A stretch of DNA of 64,000 bases from Thermoplasmata archaeon (GTDB lineage Archaea > Thermoplasmatota > Thermoplasmata > RBG-16-68-12 > JAJISG01), in contig JBHHZZ010000004.1 of the NCBI GenBank assembly GCA_046758325.1, forward strand, positions 18,035 through 82,034, read 5' to 3'. The notes below the pieces were generated by a model. The model ran no database searches and had not been told where the DNA came from. It was given only the letters and a program-made list of their open reading frames with translations. Each line of letters opens with the position of its first letter. Position 1 is the first letter of the stretch. This document shows positions 38,477 to 47,925 of the stretch, piece by piece. The position numbers and the translations under genes are program-made.

Positions 38477-38626
38477 ATGCCCTGCGACAGGAGTTGCACA
38501 GGGCTAGTGTACCATCCTTCTGGCGAGGAGTGTTGCCATTCCTGTGCCTACTACGACGGAGAGCGCTGTGCCATGCCCGGCATGCACTACTTTCCCAAGC
38601 ACTTCTCCCGATACCTGTGGGGGTAG
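38477..38626 (+). CDS. Cys/His-rich microprotein (49 aa)
   Basis: MPCDRSCTGLVYHPSGEECCHSCAYYDGERCAMPGMHYFPKHFSRYLWG*; TATATATT box at ~38424-38431. Confidence 0.55.
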   Translation: MPCDRSCTGLVYHPSGEECCHSCAYYDGERCAMPGMHYFPKHFSRYLWG

Positions 38627-38707
38627 CGATCCAGGGCTCCCCCGAGTATCTGCCCGGTTTGGTCTCCTGAAGGCCCCTTGACGCTGCAATCTCTCGTGCT
38701 GTGGGCT

Positions 38708-39265
38708 TCACAGGAGAAGGTTGAGGCCAAGGGCGAACAGCACTATCAGAAGGATGAGGGCCCTGTTCACGCCTGCCAGGAAGTTCGTGAAGATGAAGTA
38801 TCGAGCGGTGAGAATCTCTCCCTCATGGTTGAAGAGGGAGTATACATAGAGGGGGACCGTGTCGGACATGAAGGGAAGGGTCAGGAGGATGAAGAGTCCG
38901 ACATAGCTTGTTTTGGAGACGAACCAGACGCAGAAGTCCGTCAACTTCCTTATGGGGAAAAACCTGGACGAAGTCTTCTCTATGATCTTGTCGACCTTGA
39001 CGCCAAGCAGGAATATGATCCAGCTCCCTGTAGCCTTCCCCGCGCCCAATGTGAGGGCGGCCACTCCGTAGAACGCGGGCTGCGCCATGAGAGGGATAAG
39101 GGCGACCTCCACGGGCGTCGGAAGGACGACAGCGACCAGCAGGCTGTAGATGAAAAGCAGAGGGAAGAATATGTAGGGATCTCTCAGGGCCTGCAGGAGC
39201 GGCAGAAGGACTTCCACGTTCTTACCTGAGCTGCTCTCGGGGCGTATGTATAAAAACTCCGCCAA
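38708..39265 (-). CDS. DedA/VTT-like membrane protein
   Basis: Hydrophobic, LPTPVE, GKATGS..IF.LG, LPFM.DT. Confidence 0.65.
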   Translation of the reverse strand: MAEFLYIRPESSSGKNVEVLLPLLQALRDPYIFFPLLFIYSLLVAVVLPTPVEVALIPLMAQPAFYGVAALTLGAGKATGSWIIFLLGVKVDKIIEKTSSRFFPIRKLTDFCVWFVSKTSYVGLFILLTLPFMSDTVPLYVYSLFNHEGEILTARYFIFTNFLAGVNRALILLIVLFALGLNLLL

Positions 39266-39300
39266 GCAACTTTCGATTTTGATTATCGCGGCAGGTAATC

Positions 39301-40233
39301 TTAGACGGGCAGTTTGGGATCCACGCCGGGTTTGGTGAGGAGAACGACCCGGCTGTCCTTAACCTCCTCTTTGAAATCATAGCGGACGGCCTGGGCCAGT
39401 CTGGAGGCAAACTCCCTTACCTTGCGGTGGGAAGGCATATTGCCTAGGGTGAGGCGGTCCCTTGACTGGCCGATCCAGACGTAGCCCTTGCACTCTATGA
39501 ACTCAGCTTCAGTCCTCCCGTCCAGTCGGGCGTACTCCTCCTCCCATCCCAGGTTGTAGCCGTCCACTAGCGTATGTCTGATGACCCTTCTCGTGTTGAG
39601 GGAGGGCAAGAGCTCCAGGGTCCTCATGAGGTTCTCCCATTCGTGTCTAGACCGGGGAAGGCACAGTTCGTTATACACCTCCTTGTTGGGAGCCGCCACG
39701 GTCACGTAGAGCTGGGTGGGCAATGGGTCAAGCATCTCGAGGACCTTGGGGTTGGTACCGTTGGTGACGAGAAACGTGGTCAGCCCCTTCTCATGGCAGG
39801 AGGTGATGAACTCACCCAGCCTGGGGTACATGGTCGGCTCCCCGGTCAGGGAAATGGCCACGTGCTTCACCTCGTTGGCCTCTATCCACTTCTCCAGCTC
39901 CACCTTGGGGTTCCCCTTGTACCCCGATAGAAGGGCTCTCTGAGCGGCGAGGGACTCCGACAGGATGAAGTCCGGGGCATCCACGTTACCCAATCCGTCG
40001 CCCCAGTAGCTCTGGTCCCTCCAACAGAAGAGGCAGCCAAGGTTGCAGTTGTTCACCGTCGGAGTCATCTGCATGCACCGGTGGCTCTCAATGCCGTAGA
40101 AGTGATGCTTGTAGCACCCCCTGCCATGCTTCAGGGTTTGCTTCGTCCAGTGGCATAGTTTGACGCCGCTGTGAGACCCGACAAGCTTGTAGCCTTGCCT
40201 CTGCAAAAGTTCCTCTGTCTGAAGGTCCAGCAT
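39301..40233 (-). CDS. taw1: 4-demethylwyosine synthase (radical SAM, Taw1/TYW1)
   Basis: HSGVKLCHW, CYK..FYGI.SHRC, CNLGCLFCWR, AISLTGEP, VTNG. Confidence 0.96.
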   Translation of the reverse strand: MLDLQTEELLQRQGYKLVGSHSGVKLCHWTKQTLKHGRGCYKHHFYGIESHRCMQMTPTVNNCNLGCLFCWRDQSYWGDGLGNVDAPDFILSESLAAQRALLSGYKGNPKVELEKWIEANEVKHVAISLTGEPTMYPRLGEFITSCHEKGLTTFLVTNGTNPKVLEMLDPLPTQLYVTVAAPNKEVYNELCLPRSRHEWENLMRTLELLPSLNTRRVIRHTLVDGYNLGWEEEYARLDGRTEAEFIECKGYVWIGQSRDRLTLGNMPSHRKVREFASRLAQAVRYDFKEEVKDSRVVLLTKPGVDPKLPV

Positions 40234-40468
40234 TCATGTATTCATAGCCCTGCCTCATTAAATCCCTTTTCGTCTCACGATTCTGGGTCTTCCCTGGGGG
40301 ATCAACCATCGTGGTCGCCCGCGGCGCGTGATATAGTATGGGGCTAGTATTTCCTCGTTTATATCGATAACTAGTCCCAAAGTCAACCCGAACAGACGAA
40401 TGGCCGCCTGTTCGCATCTATCTGGGTGTGCGTCTCCAAAGCCTTATGTTTCCTCCGTCATTTCCGTG

Positions 40469-41818
40469 ATGATGCTGGATTGGGCAGAAAAATACAGGCC
40501 CCAGTCCCTCAAAGCGGTGACCGGGAACCCGTCTGCTGTTGGCCAGTTGGAGGCATGGGCTCTGAGCTGGGAAGAGGGGAGGCCCAAGAAGAAGGCCGTC
40601 ATCCTTGTGGGTGATCCTGGGATTGGGAAGACGAGCGCTGCCCATGCCCTCGCCCAGGACTTCGGGTGGGGAGTGATTGAGATGAACGCGTCGGATAAGA
40701 GGAACGCCGATGCTGTCAGACGCATTGCCACGAGGGGCGCTCTATACGAGACCTTCACAGATGAGGGGGAGTTCATCCGGCACCAGGAGGGTGGTCTGAA
40801 GCTGATCATCCTGGATGAAGCGGACAACCTCTTCGGTAGGGAGGACTTTGGAGGAATCGGAGCCATCGTGGACACCATAAGGAAGACTCAGCAGCCCATC
40901 GCTCTCATCGTCAATGAGTACTACGAGCTCACGAGGCGTTCGTCCTCCATCAAGAGACTTTGCTTGACGATACGATTCCGAAAGCCTAGGGCAGCGACCG
41001 TGGTCAAGATTCTGAGGAGCATTGCCAAGTCCGAAGGGGTAGAGGCGGAAGGAGAGGTGCTGGAATATCTGGGTGCCAATTGTCGGGGTGACATCAGATC
41101 AGCGATCAACGATTTCCAGGCCTTGGCGCAGGGGAGGGAGAAGGTGAAGGAGGAGGACTTGCTCACGCTGGGCTACAGGGACGAGAGAAGGGAAGTCTTC
41201 CAGGCCTTGTCGGATATCTTCAGATCCGGCGGTCTCGAAGTTGCTAGAACGAGCGTGAGGACCATAGACGAGGACCCGGAGCGGCTGATTCTTTGGATTG
41301 ATGAGAACTTACCCTACGAGTACCGGGACCGCGAGGATCTCGACAGGGGTCTGAGGATACTGGCCAAGGCTGATGAATACCTTGGCAGGGTGAGGCGCAA
41401 GAAGCAGTATGGCCTCTGGAAGTATGCCAGTGACCTTATGAGCGGTGGCCTTGCGGTGGCGAGGCGAGAGAGCTACGCGGGGGCTCAGTACCGCTTTCCT
41501 CTGTGGCTTGCGAAGATGTCGAGGACCAGGTACCAACGGGCCACCGCGGATTCGATCCTCGCAAAACTGGGCCGAATGTGTCACGCCTCGAAGCGAGCGG
41601 CCCGGAAGTTTCTCCTGCCAGCGTTCAAGTACCTGTTCAAACAGGATGAAGAGTTCAGATTGGCCCAGACCTTAGAGCTAGACCTGAACGCGAGGGAGAT
41701 TGCCTTCATCCTAGGCGAGAAGGAGGATAGCAAGACCGTCAAGAGAGTGCTACAGGGAGCTGAGGGCATGCGGGTCAAGAGAAGGACTATGGCTCCCTTC
41801 TCAAGGTTTGAATCCTGA
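40469..41818 (+). CDS. rfcL: Replication factor C large subunit
   Basis: WAEKYRP, GDPGIGKT, EMNASD.R, LDEADN, GDIRSAIND, WIDEN. Confidence 0.96.
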   Translation: MMLDWAEKYRPQSLKAVTGNPSAVGQLEAWALSWEEGRPKKKAVILVGDPGIGKTSAAHALAQDFGWGVIEMNASDKRNADAVRRIATRGALYETFTDEGEFIRHQEGGLKLIILDEADNLFGREDFGGIGAIVDTIRKTQQPIALIVNEYYELTRRSSSIKRLCLTIRFRKPRAATVVKILRSIAKSEGVEAEGEVLEYLGANCRGDIRSAINDFQALAQGREKVKEEDLLTLGYRDERREVFQALSDIFRSGGLEVARTSVRTIDEDPERLILWIDENLPYEYRDREDLDRGLRILAKADEYLGRVRRKKQYGLWKYASDLMSGGLAVARRESYAGAQYRFPLWLAKMSRTRYQRATADSILAKLGRMCHASKRAARKFLLPAFKYLFKQDEEFRLAQTLELDLNAREIAFILGEKEDSKTVKRVLQGAEGMRVKRRTMAPFSRFES

Positions 41819-41959
41819 CTCCCCTCCCTTGATCTCTTCGAAGAGGTCCATCAGCTCGTTTAGAAACTGATCATAGGTCTTTCTGAACTTCAACCAGTAG
41901 AGTCTGTCCCTTGTCCTCGTGGTTATCTGTATGCTCGTCATCTTGATTTCCTCTTCCAT
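41801..41959 (-). CDS. Small ribbon-helix-helix/antitoxin-like DNA-binding protein
   Basis: MEEEIKMTSIQITTRTRDRLYWLKFRKTYDQFLNELMDLFEE matches the archaeal TTI.I...T...L..LK...TYD..I..L pattern. Confidence 0.65.
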   Translation of the reverse strand: MEEEIKMTSIQITTRTRDRLYWLKFRKTYDQFLNELMDLFEEIKGGESGFKP

Positions 41960-42005
41960 TAGTGACACCCCGCATTCGTCGGAGGCCGGTAGAACATGGC
42001 TATAC

Positions 42006-42127
42006 ATAACTCTATGGTTCTCAATTGATAACATGAACCAACGTGAATCAGTGGTACAGTAGAGACACTGGGTATCATATTCACAATCGATAGGCTTGGA
42101 CTCGATGAATACTATAGCTCTATGGTT
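42006..42127. repeat. Pair of 14-bp direct repeats (13/14 identical) in an AT-rich intergenic region
   Basis: ATAACTCTATGGTT 42006-42019 and ATAGCTCTATGGTT 42114-42127. Confidence 0.6.
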
Positions 42128-42177
42128 TGTACAAAGCTTTTTTAATATTCGGTAGACCGAACCTCAAAGATGCAGGC

Positions 42178-42915
42178 TCACTTACCCTCGATCACCATTG
42201 GCGAAGCCTTGTCTCCAGGCCTACGGCATCTCCGCGTCAGCAGCTTCTGCACTCGCTCGAACAGGTGTAGGTCAATGAGAGGAGGACCCTTTGAAGGGCG
42301 CAAAGACCCCTTCCGCCTGGCATATCCGATGTAGAGGGGATTCCGAAGGATGTATCGGACGGTGGACCGATGCCACTTGGCCCCTGTCTTCGTCGGGATC
42401 TGCTGATTGTTGAGGGCTTGCGCTATGGTTTGCAGGGTCATGCCCCGGTTGTACATCTTGAAGATGCTGGTGACAACGATAGCCTCATCGAGTAGAGGTT
42501 TGAGACCTGACGTTCCCTGTGAGTAGCCGTAAGGAGCTCGGCAGGACGACGGCAGGAAACCGTCCTCCAGGTTGGTTAGCAGGCCCAACTCCCGCAGCTC
42601 AACAGAATACAGTCTGAAAGCTTCGTCCGCTTTCAGCCCAACCTCCTCGCACCATGAGGCAATGGCTTGGACCTCGTCGACGGTGTCGAAGTGTTGTAGG
42701 AACTCCTTCTTGGACGCAAACCGGAGGAAGAGTTCCCTGAAAAGGAGGGGATCATGCGGAGCCGATGCCCTGCAAGAACGGCAGAGAGCTGCCTTGAATA
42801 CGTCGGTCTCGGCTGCATCCGACCCCCCTCGAGCCAGTTCGAAATCTCCCACATCCTCGACGGACCAGCAGCGGTCGCATCTGGCGCCATAGGATACCGA
42901 GGAGCCTTCCATCAT
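42178..42915 (-). CDS. Zn-finger + recombinase DNA-binding-domain protein (no catalytic domain)
   Basis: CDRC...CRSC N-terminus; C-terminal APYGY, EA.VV..IF, IA..LN, W..STVRYILRNP.Y.G, LID..LFERVQ. Confidence 0.8.
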   Translation of the reverse strand: MMEGSSVSYGARCDRCWSVEDVGDFELARGGSDAAETDVFKAALCRSCRASAPHDPLLFRELFLRFASKKEFLQHFDTVDEVQAIASWCEEVGLKADEAFRLYSVELRELGLLTNLEDGFLPSSCRAPYGYSQGTSGLKPLLDEAIVVTSIFKMYNRGMTLQTIAQALNNQQIPTKTGAKWHRSTVRYILRNPLYIGYARRKGSLRPSKGPPLIDLHLFERVQKLLTRRCRRPGDKASPMVIEGK

Positions 42916-42928
42916 TGTGGAATCCCCG

Positions 42929-43762
42929 TTACGACCTCTTGATCTGGCTGAGCAACCCCATCAGCCTGCTCCTTTCGTCATGGCTACGGACCCGACCGAG
43001 AAACGACTTCAGCGACTTGATGAGTTCTCCCCTCTCAATGAGGGACTCATGCTCTCCCTTCTGGAGAATCCCATCCCAATACAGGTATCCGGCGTACACG
43101 GGGTTCTGCAGGAGGTAGCGTATCGACCATACGGACCAGTCTGCGCTCTTCCTTGTGGTGAAGCCTCGGACGTTGAGGTCATCAGCAATCCAGGTCATGG
43201 GCTCCCCTTGGAGGTGCCTCGTGAAAACATTCCTAACAATCTCAGCCTCCCCATCCTCAATCTGCAACGCCCCCTCCACATACCTGTAACCGAAGGGAGC
43301 CGGGGATCCGAGGCTACCCTGTCCGGACTTGGCCTTCTGGCTCATGCCTGTGTACACCCTTTCAGCTATCTGCTCGCTCTCCAGTTGCGCTATCCTCTGG
43401 ATGATGTCCATAACAAAGCGGCCCATGGCGGTAGCGGTGTCGAGAGACTCCTGCATGCTGGTGAACTCCTTCCCCCAGGCCCTCAACCTTTCCATCATCT
43501 CCATGAAGTTCCTGCTGTTGCGGTGTATGCGGTCCATCCTCATGACGAGGACGTTGTCCCACCTATCCCGCTCCTCCATCATACGGCGATAGGCAGGCCT
43601 CCTCTCATCCCTGCCGGAATACCCGTCATCCACGTACTCCCCCGCAACTCCCCACCCTCTGGCATTGCAGTAAGCTCTCAACTTCTCCAGCTGAGCCTCG
43701 AGGGAGAACCCCTCTTTTGCCTGGTCTTCAGTGGATACGCGAGCGTATATCGCGGATCTCAC
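42929..43762 (-). CDS. Serine recombinase (resolvase catalytic domain + recombinase domain)
   Basis: IYARVST.DQ catalytic Ser, DDGYSG..ERRP, DRIHRN, GRF, ESEQIAER, PFGY, NPVYAG; GTG 43762. Confidence 0.93.
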   Translation of the reverse strand: MRSAIYARVSTEDQAKEGFSLEAQLEKLRAYCNARGWGVAGEYVDDGYSGRDERRPAYRRMMEERDRWDNVLVMRMDRIHRNSRNFMEMMERLRAWGKEFTSMQESLDTATAMGRFVMDIIQRIAQLESEQIAERVYTGMSQKAKSGQGSLGSPAPFGYRYVEGALQIEDGEAEIVRNVFTRHLQGEPMTWIADDLNVRGFTTRKSADWSVWSIRYLLQNPVYAGYLYWDGILQKGEHESLIERGELIKSLKSFLGRVRSHDERSRLMGLLSQIKRS

Positions 43763-43932
43763 GAGTCCATCCCATCCTGGGGCCCAATGGCCCGGTGGTC
43801 TTAATAAGCCTTTCTTCGGCTCGACCTTAAGCATCTGTGTATAAAAGTCGCATCATTCACATATACAGCATCAAGAGTAATGCTGACATCAATACCAAGC
43901 GCTCACTAGTGGAGGGCGACCATGTGCACGTC

Positions 43933-44736
43933 TCAGGAACCCAGCCAGCTCAGCAGCTCCTCTACACCTTCTACCCCGTCAACGGAGAAATCGCCCGCAT
44001 CGAAGAGTTCAATGGGAGTGTCGGCATGATAGACCGCAACTTTGGCCCCTTCGAGGACCCCCTCTCTCACCAGCTTGGATATGGACCTGAAGGCGTCTAA
44101 GTCAGTGGTATCATCTCCGACATATAAGAGTCGTTTCACCCCCTTCTCCCTGGCGAGGATCTCCAGGGCCCCACCCTTGTCAAGGGGGTGTCGGGGCCGG
44201 ACCTGAACCAGCATCTTCCCCTCGGTGATTCTCGTTCCTCTGAGATCCAGTTCGCGGAGAGCCCCAAGGATGGCCTCCCTCGCTTTCTCGGGGTCAGGGG
44301 ACCCCCGGTAGTGAATGGCATGGCTAAGCTCTTTGAGCTCCAGGAGGACGCCCTCACCGGTGATGGCGGAGCTGAGGACCCCCTCCAGGCTCCTCATCTT
44401 CCGTGCGAGTTCCTCTGGCAGCAGCACTCTCCTCCTTCCAGCCTCAAGTACCTCCAGACCGTGATTGCCCACGTATGTAACTGAGGGGACTCCCACAATC
44501 CTCTCGAGGGCCGATGCCGCCCTTCCAGAGATGACAACTACCGCACCGTACTTCCCAGCGAGGTTCTCTAGATGGCGGCGGTTGGTTTCGGGGAGACGAG
44601 CCTTCGCCGGTGAGTCCACGATATGAGACAGTGTCCCGTCGAAATCCAAGAAGATCCCAGCCTCCTGCGGATGCTCCTTGATTGACTGAAGCCGCTCCAG
44701 ATTCTCTAGGAGATCTGGCGGTCTCGTAGGTGTCAC
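43933..44736 (-). CDS. otsB: Trehalose-6-phosphate phosphatase
   Basis: FLDFDGTL, ISGR, GNHGLE, HYR, DKG, GDDTTD.DAF. Confidence 0.92.
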   Translation of the reverse strand: MTPTRPPDLLENLERLQSIKEHPQEAGIFLDFDGTLSHIVDSPAKARLPETNRRHLENLAGKYGAVVVISGRAASALERIVGVPSVTYVGNHGLEVLEAGRRRVLLPEELARKMRSLEGVLSSAITGEGVLLELKELSHAIHYRGSPDPEKAREAILGALRELDLRGTRITEGKMLVQVRPRHPLDKGGALEILAREKGVKRLLYVGDDTTDLDAFRSISKLVREGVLEGAKVAVYHADTPIELFDAGDFSVDGVEGVEELLSWLGS

Positions 44737-44776
44737 GGAGGCAGCATCACGCTCTCTCCATTAACATTTGTGGGGG

Positions 44777-45718
44777 CTACGGAGCTTCCCTCAGCTCCCT
44801 GGCCTTATCCTCGGGATGGGAGTCGTTGATGAACACACCAGCACCCAGCTCGCTGCCTGCGAGGTACTTCAGCTCCGTGGAGCTCCTCTTCATGGGGTAC
44901 ACCTCCACGTGAAAGTGGTAGAAGGGGTATGGTCGACCATCAGTGGGCCTCTGGTGAAGAACGACCACATACGGCATGGAGCTTCCCATGAGGCTGTCGT
45001 ACTTGCGCAGGATGCGAGGGAGGATCGAGGCCAGGGCTCTCATCTCCTCCTCGTCCATCTCGGTCAATGCGGAAAGATGCCTGTCTGGGAGGATGTGGAC
45101 CTCGTAGGGCCAGCGCCCCCAGAAGGGCACGTAGGCAATCAGACCTGTCTCTCGGGTAACGATACGGCGGCCATCGGCCCCTTCCGCTTCCATGGCATCG
45201 CACAGCAGACAGGTTCCGTTTCTTTCCGAGTAAGTCTTCATGGAAACCAGTTCCCGCTGGATGATTGAGGGGATCATGGGAAAGGCATACAGCTGCCCGT
45301 GGGGATGGGAGAGGGTCACACCCACGGCGGCTCCTCGGTTCTCGAAGATTAGCACGTACTGCACGTGGGGCTGCCTCTCTAGCTCGGAGAACCTTTCCCG
45401 CCAGAGCCTAATCACCTTCAGGACATCCTCTAAAGGAAGATAGGGCAGCTCAGTCTCGTGGTCCGCCGTATAGACGAGGACCTCGCACTGGCCATCTGAA
45501 GGCATGACCTGAAAGAGTCCCCTGGAGTCTAGGGAGGGCGGAGGAGGGGGATGAGAAAGGGCTGGATAACGGTTCGGCACCGAGACGGTCTCGACCTCAC
45601 CTGACACACCCGCGCCTGCGCAAAAGGGACACTCCTGCTGGAGAACAGGCCTAGCCTGGCGGTGGACGGCAGTAACCACCCATTCCTGTAACACAGGATT
45701 CCATCGAATCTCAGACAT
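44777..45718 (-). CDS. galT: Galactose-1-phosphate uridylyltransferase (GalT family)
   Basis: E.RWNP, CPFC, FENRG..VG.TL.HPHGQ, HFH.E, AGSELG. Confidence 0.92.
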   Translation of the reverse strand: MSEIRWNPVLQEWVVTAVHRQARPVLQQECPFCAGAGVSGEVETVSVPNRYPALSHPPPPPSLDSRGLFQVMPSDGQCEVLVYTADHETELPYLPLEDVLKVIRLWRERFSELERQPHVQYVLIFENRGAAVGVTLSHPHGQLYAFPMIPSIIQRELVSMKTYSERNGTCLLCDAMEAEGADGRRIVTRETGLIAYVPFWGRWPYEVHILPDRHLSALTEMDEEEMRALASILPRILRKYDSLMGSSMPYVVVLHQRPTDGRPYPFYHFHVEVYPMKRSSTELKYLAGSELGAGVFINDSHPEDKARELREAP

Positions 45719-45867
45719 CGAGGAGGGAAGGGGCCCCCAGAGTAAAAGGTTCCCTGCAGGGCTCCGGGCCTGGCGATACCCCTAGAATCGACAGCCCATC
45801 AAAACGCTTTAAAGGGAGTCTTCCGATACAGGCCTCAAATAACAGGGACTGGGTAGGGGCGCTTACG

Positions 45868-47178
45868 ATGAGGTCCGTCCTGCTGCAGGAACGTTTTTTG
45901 GATGATTACAGGGGCATCGTGACCGAGGAAACCGTGACCGCCCTGAGGGAAGCTGCGGCGCCCTTGGAGGGAAGGCGAGTCCTCCACATAAACTCCACCT
46001 CCTACGGAGGCGGTGTGGCCGAGATCCTCTCCTCCATGGTACCCCTGATGAGAGACCTGGGCATGGACGCCCACTGGAAGGTTATTGAAGGGGATGAGGA
46101 GTTCTTCAGGATCACCAAGACGATTCACAACGGCCTTCAGGGAGGGCAGGTCACCCTCTCGGAGAAGATGCAGAACCACTACCTGGAGGTCAACCGGAGG
46201 AACGCGGAGGATCTGGAGGACGGGTGGGACTTCGTCATTGTACACGATCCTCAGCCCGCGGCCCTCCTCATCCATCGGGAGGTGAAACTGGGGAAGAGGG
46301 AGGGGAAGTGGATATGGAGGTGTCACATAGACATGTCCACTCCCTATCCTGACTGCCTGGCGTTCCTCTCCAAGTTCATCCCGTCCTACGATTCCTCCAT
46401 CTTCAGTCTGGAGGGCTACATACCACCGGGAATCGGTTTGAGGAGACCGGTCGTTATCCATCCAAGCATAGACCCCCTGACGGGCAAGAACCGCCCCATG
46501 AGCCCCCAGGAGGTGGAGCTCATTGCTCGGCGTTACGGCGTCGACCCGTCCAAGCCCACGGTGTGCGCGGTGGCCCGTTTCGATCCTTGGAAGGACCCGC
46601 TCGGGATCATTGACCTGTACAAGTTCATCAAGGGGCAGCGTCCGGGACCGAGCAACAGATTGCCGAGGTTGCTGCGACTCTACAAGGCCGTCAAGGGAGA
46701 GGTTCGGGACTTTCAGTTGCTCTTGGTGGCCTCCATGGCCCACGACGACCCTGAGGGGTGGGAGTACTATGAGAGGGCCCTTAGGAGGGCAGGGGAGGAC
46801 CCGGATATCTTCTTCCTAACCAACCTAAGGGGCGTGGGAGGGGAGGAGGTGAACGCCTTTCAGAGATGCTCCGACGTGGCCGTCATGAGGTCAATCCGGG
46901 AGGGTTTCGGCCTGACCGTGTCGGAGGCCCTCTGGAAGAGGGTACCGGTGGTGGGCTCCCGTGTCGGCGGGATTCCGCTGCAGGTCCTCGATGGGGAAAC
47001 GGGCTTCCTGACGGAGGATGCCCAGACGGCGGCAGAGAGGATAGTCCGGCTGATCAAGGATGAAGGTCTCAGGAGACGACTGGGGGAGGCTGGCAGGGCC
47101 CATGTCAGGAGGCGGTTCCTCATAACGAGACACCTGAGGGACTACGTCGACCTGATGGCAGGCCTCTCTCAGAAGTAA
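45868..47178 (+). CDS. treT: Trehalose glycosyltransferring synthase (GT4)
   Basis: HINSTSYGGGVAE, HDPQP, WRCHID, PSIDP, RFDPWKD, EGFGLTVSEALWK. Confidence 0.92.
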   Translation: MRSVLLQERFLDDYRGIVTEETVTALREAAAPLEGRRVLHINSTSYGGGVAEILSSMVPLMRDLGMDAHWKVIEGDEEFFRITKTIHNGLQGGQVTLSEKMQNHYLEVNRRNAEDLEDGWDFVIVHDPQPAALLIHREVKLGKREGKWIWRCHIDMSTPYPDCLAFLSKFIPSYDSSIFSLEGYIPPGIGLRRPVVIHPSIDPLTGKNRPMSPQEVELIARRYGVDPSKPTVCAVARFDPWKDPLGIIDLYKFIKGQRPGPSNRLPRLLRLYKAVKGEVRDFQLLLVASMAHDDPEGWEYYERALRRAGEDPDIFFLTNLRGVGGEEVNAFQRCSDVAVMRSIREGFGLTVSEALWKRVPVVGSRVGGIPLQVLDGETGFLTEDAQTAAERIVRLIKDEGLRRRLGEAGRAHVRRRFLITRHLRDYVDLMAGLSQK

Positions 47179-47244
47179 GGCCCCTCCGAGTAACCTATTT
47201 ACGTCCGGCCCGCATGCTCTGGCAGAGAAGGTGGAGGTGTTCTG

Positions 47245-47883
47245 TTGAGATTCATCGATGTGAGCATGGCCCTCGGGCCCGATACTCCCATCTACCCCGG
47301 TGACAGCCCGTTCTCGAAGCTGGACGTGCGGAGGATGGAGGGAGGAGACAGGCTCAACCTCTCTGAGATACGGATGGGGGCCCATACAGGTACCCACGTG
47401 GACGCTCCCCGTCACTTCATACGCGGGGGGAAGGGGATTGATGACCTGCCAGCGGACGCCTTTTCTGGGCCTGCGACTGTCCTCGACCTGAGCCAGGTTG
47501 TCGACTCGATCACCAGGGAAGATATCGCTGGCTCCGACATTCGAGAGGGGGATGTTGTACTGCTCAGGACGAGGAACTCAGATAGGCTGGGGCCCGTCTT
47601 CCACGAGGACTACGTGTACTTGTCGGAGGCTGGCGCTCAGCACTTCGTGGGACTAGGCGTCAAAGCCGTTGGGATAGACTACCTCTCCATCGAGGGCTTC
47701 GGCGTCCGGGGCTTTCCCGTACACCGCCTCCTGCTCGAAGAGGACATAGGAATAATCGAGGGTCTGGACCTCTCCAGGGTGGAGGCTGGAAGATACTGGC
47801 TCCTCTGTCTGCCGATGAAGGTGGGGGGAGGAGATGGAGCCCCGGCTAGGGCCGTACTGGTCGAGGGCTGGCCAGAGATGTAG
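47245..47883 (+). CDS. Cyclase / kynurenine formamidase family metal hydrolase
   Basis: HTGTHVDAP.H, GIDYLS, IIEGL, GDGAPARA. Confidence 0.9.
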   Translation: MRFIDVSMALGPDTPIYPGDSPFSKLDVRRMEGGDRLNLSEIRMGAHTGTHVDAPRHFIRGGKGIDDLPADAFSGPATVLDLSQVVDSITREDIAGSDIREGDVVLLRTRNSDRLGPVFHEDYVYLSEAGAQHFVGLGVKAVGIDYLSIEGFGVRGFPVHRLLLEEDIGIIEGLDLSRVEAGRYWLLCLPMKVGGGDGAPARAVLVEGWPEM

Positions 47884-47925
47884 AGTTTATGTACCTGGTG
47901 ACCGGTAGTACCCCGGGGAGGGAGA

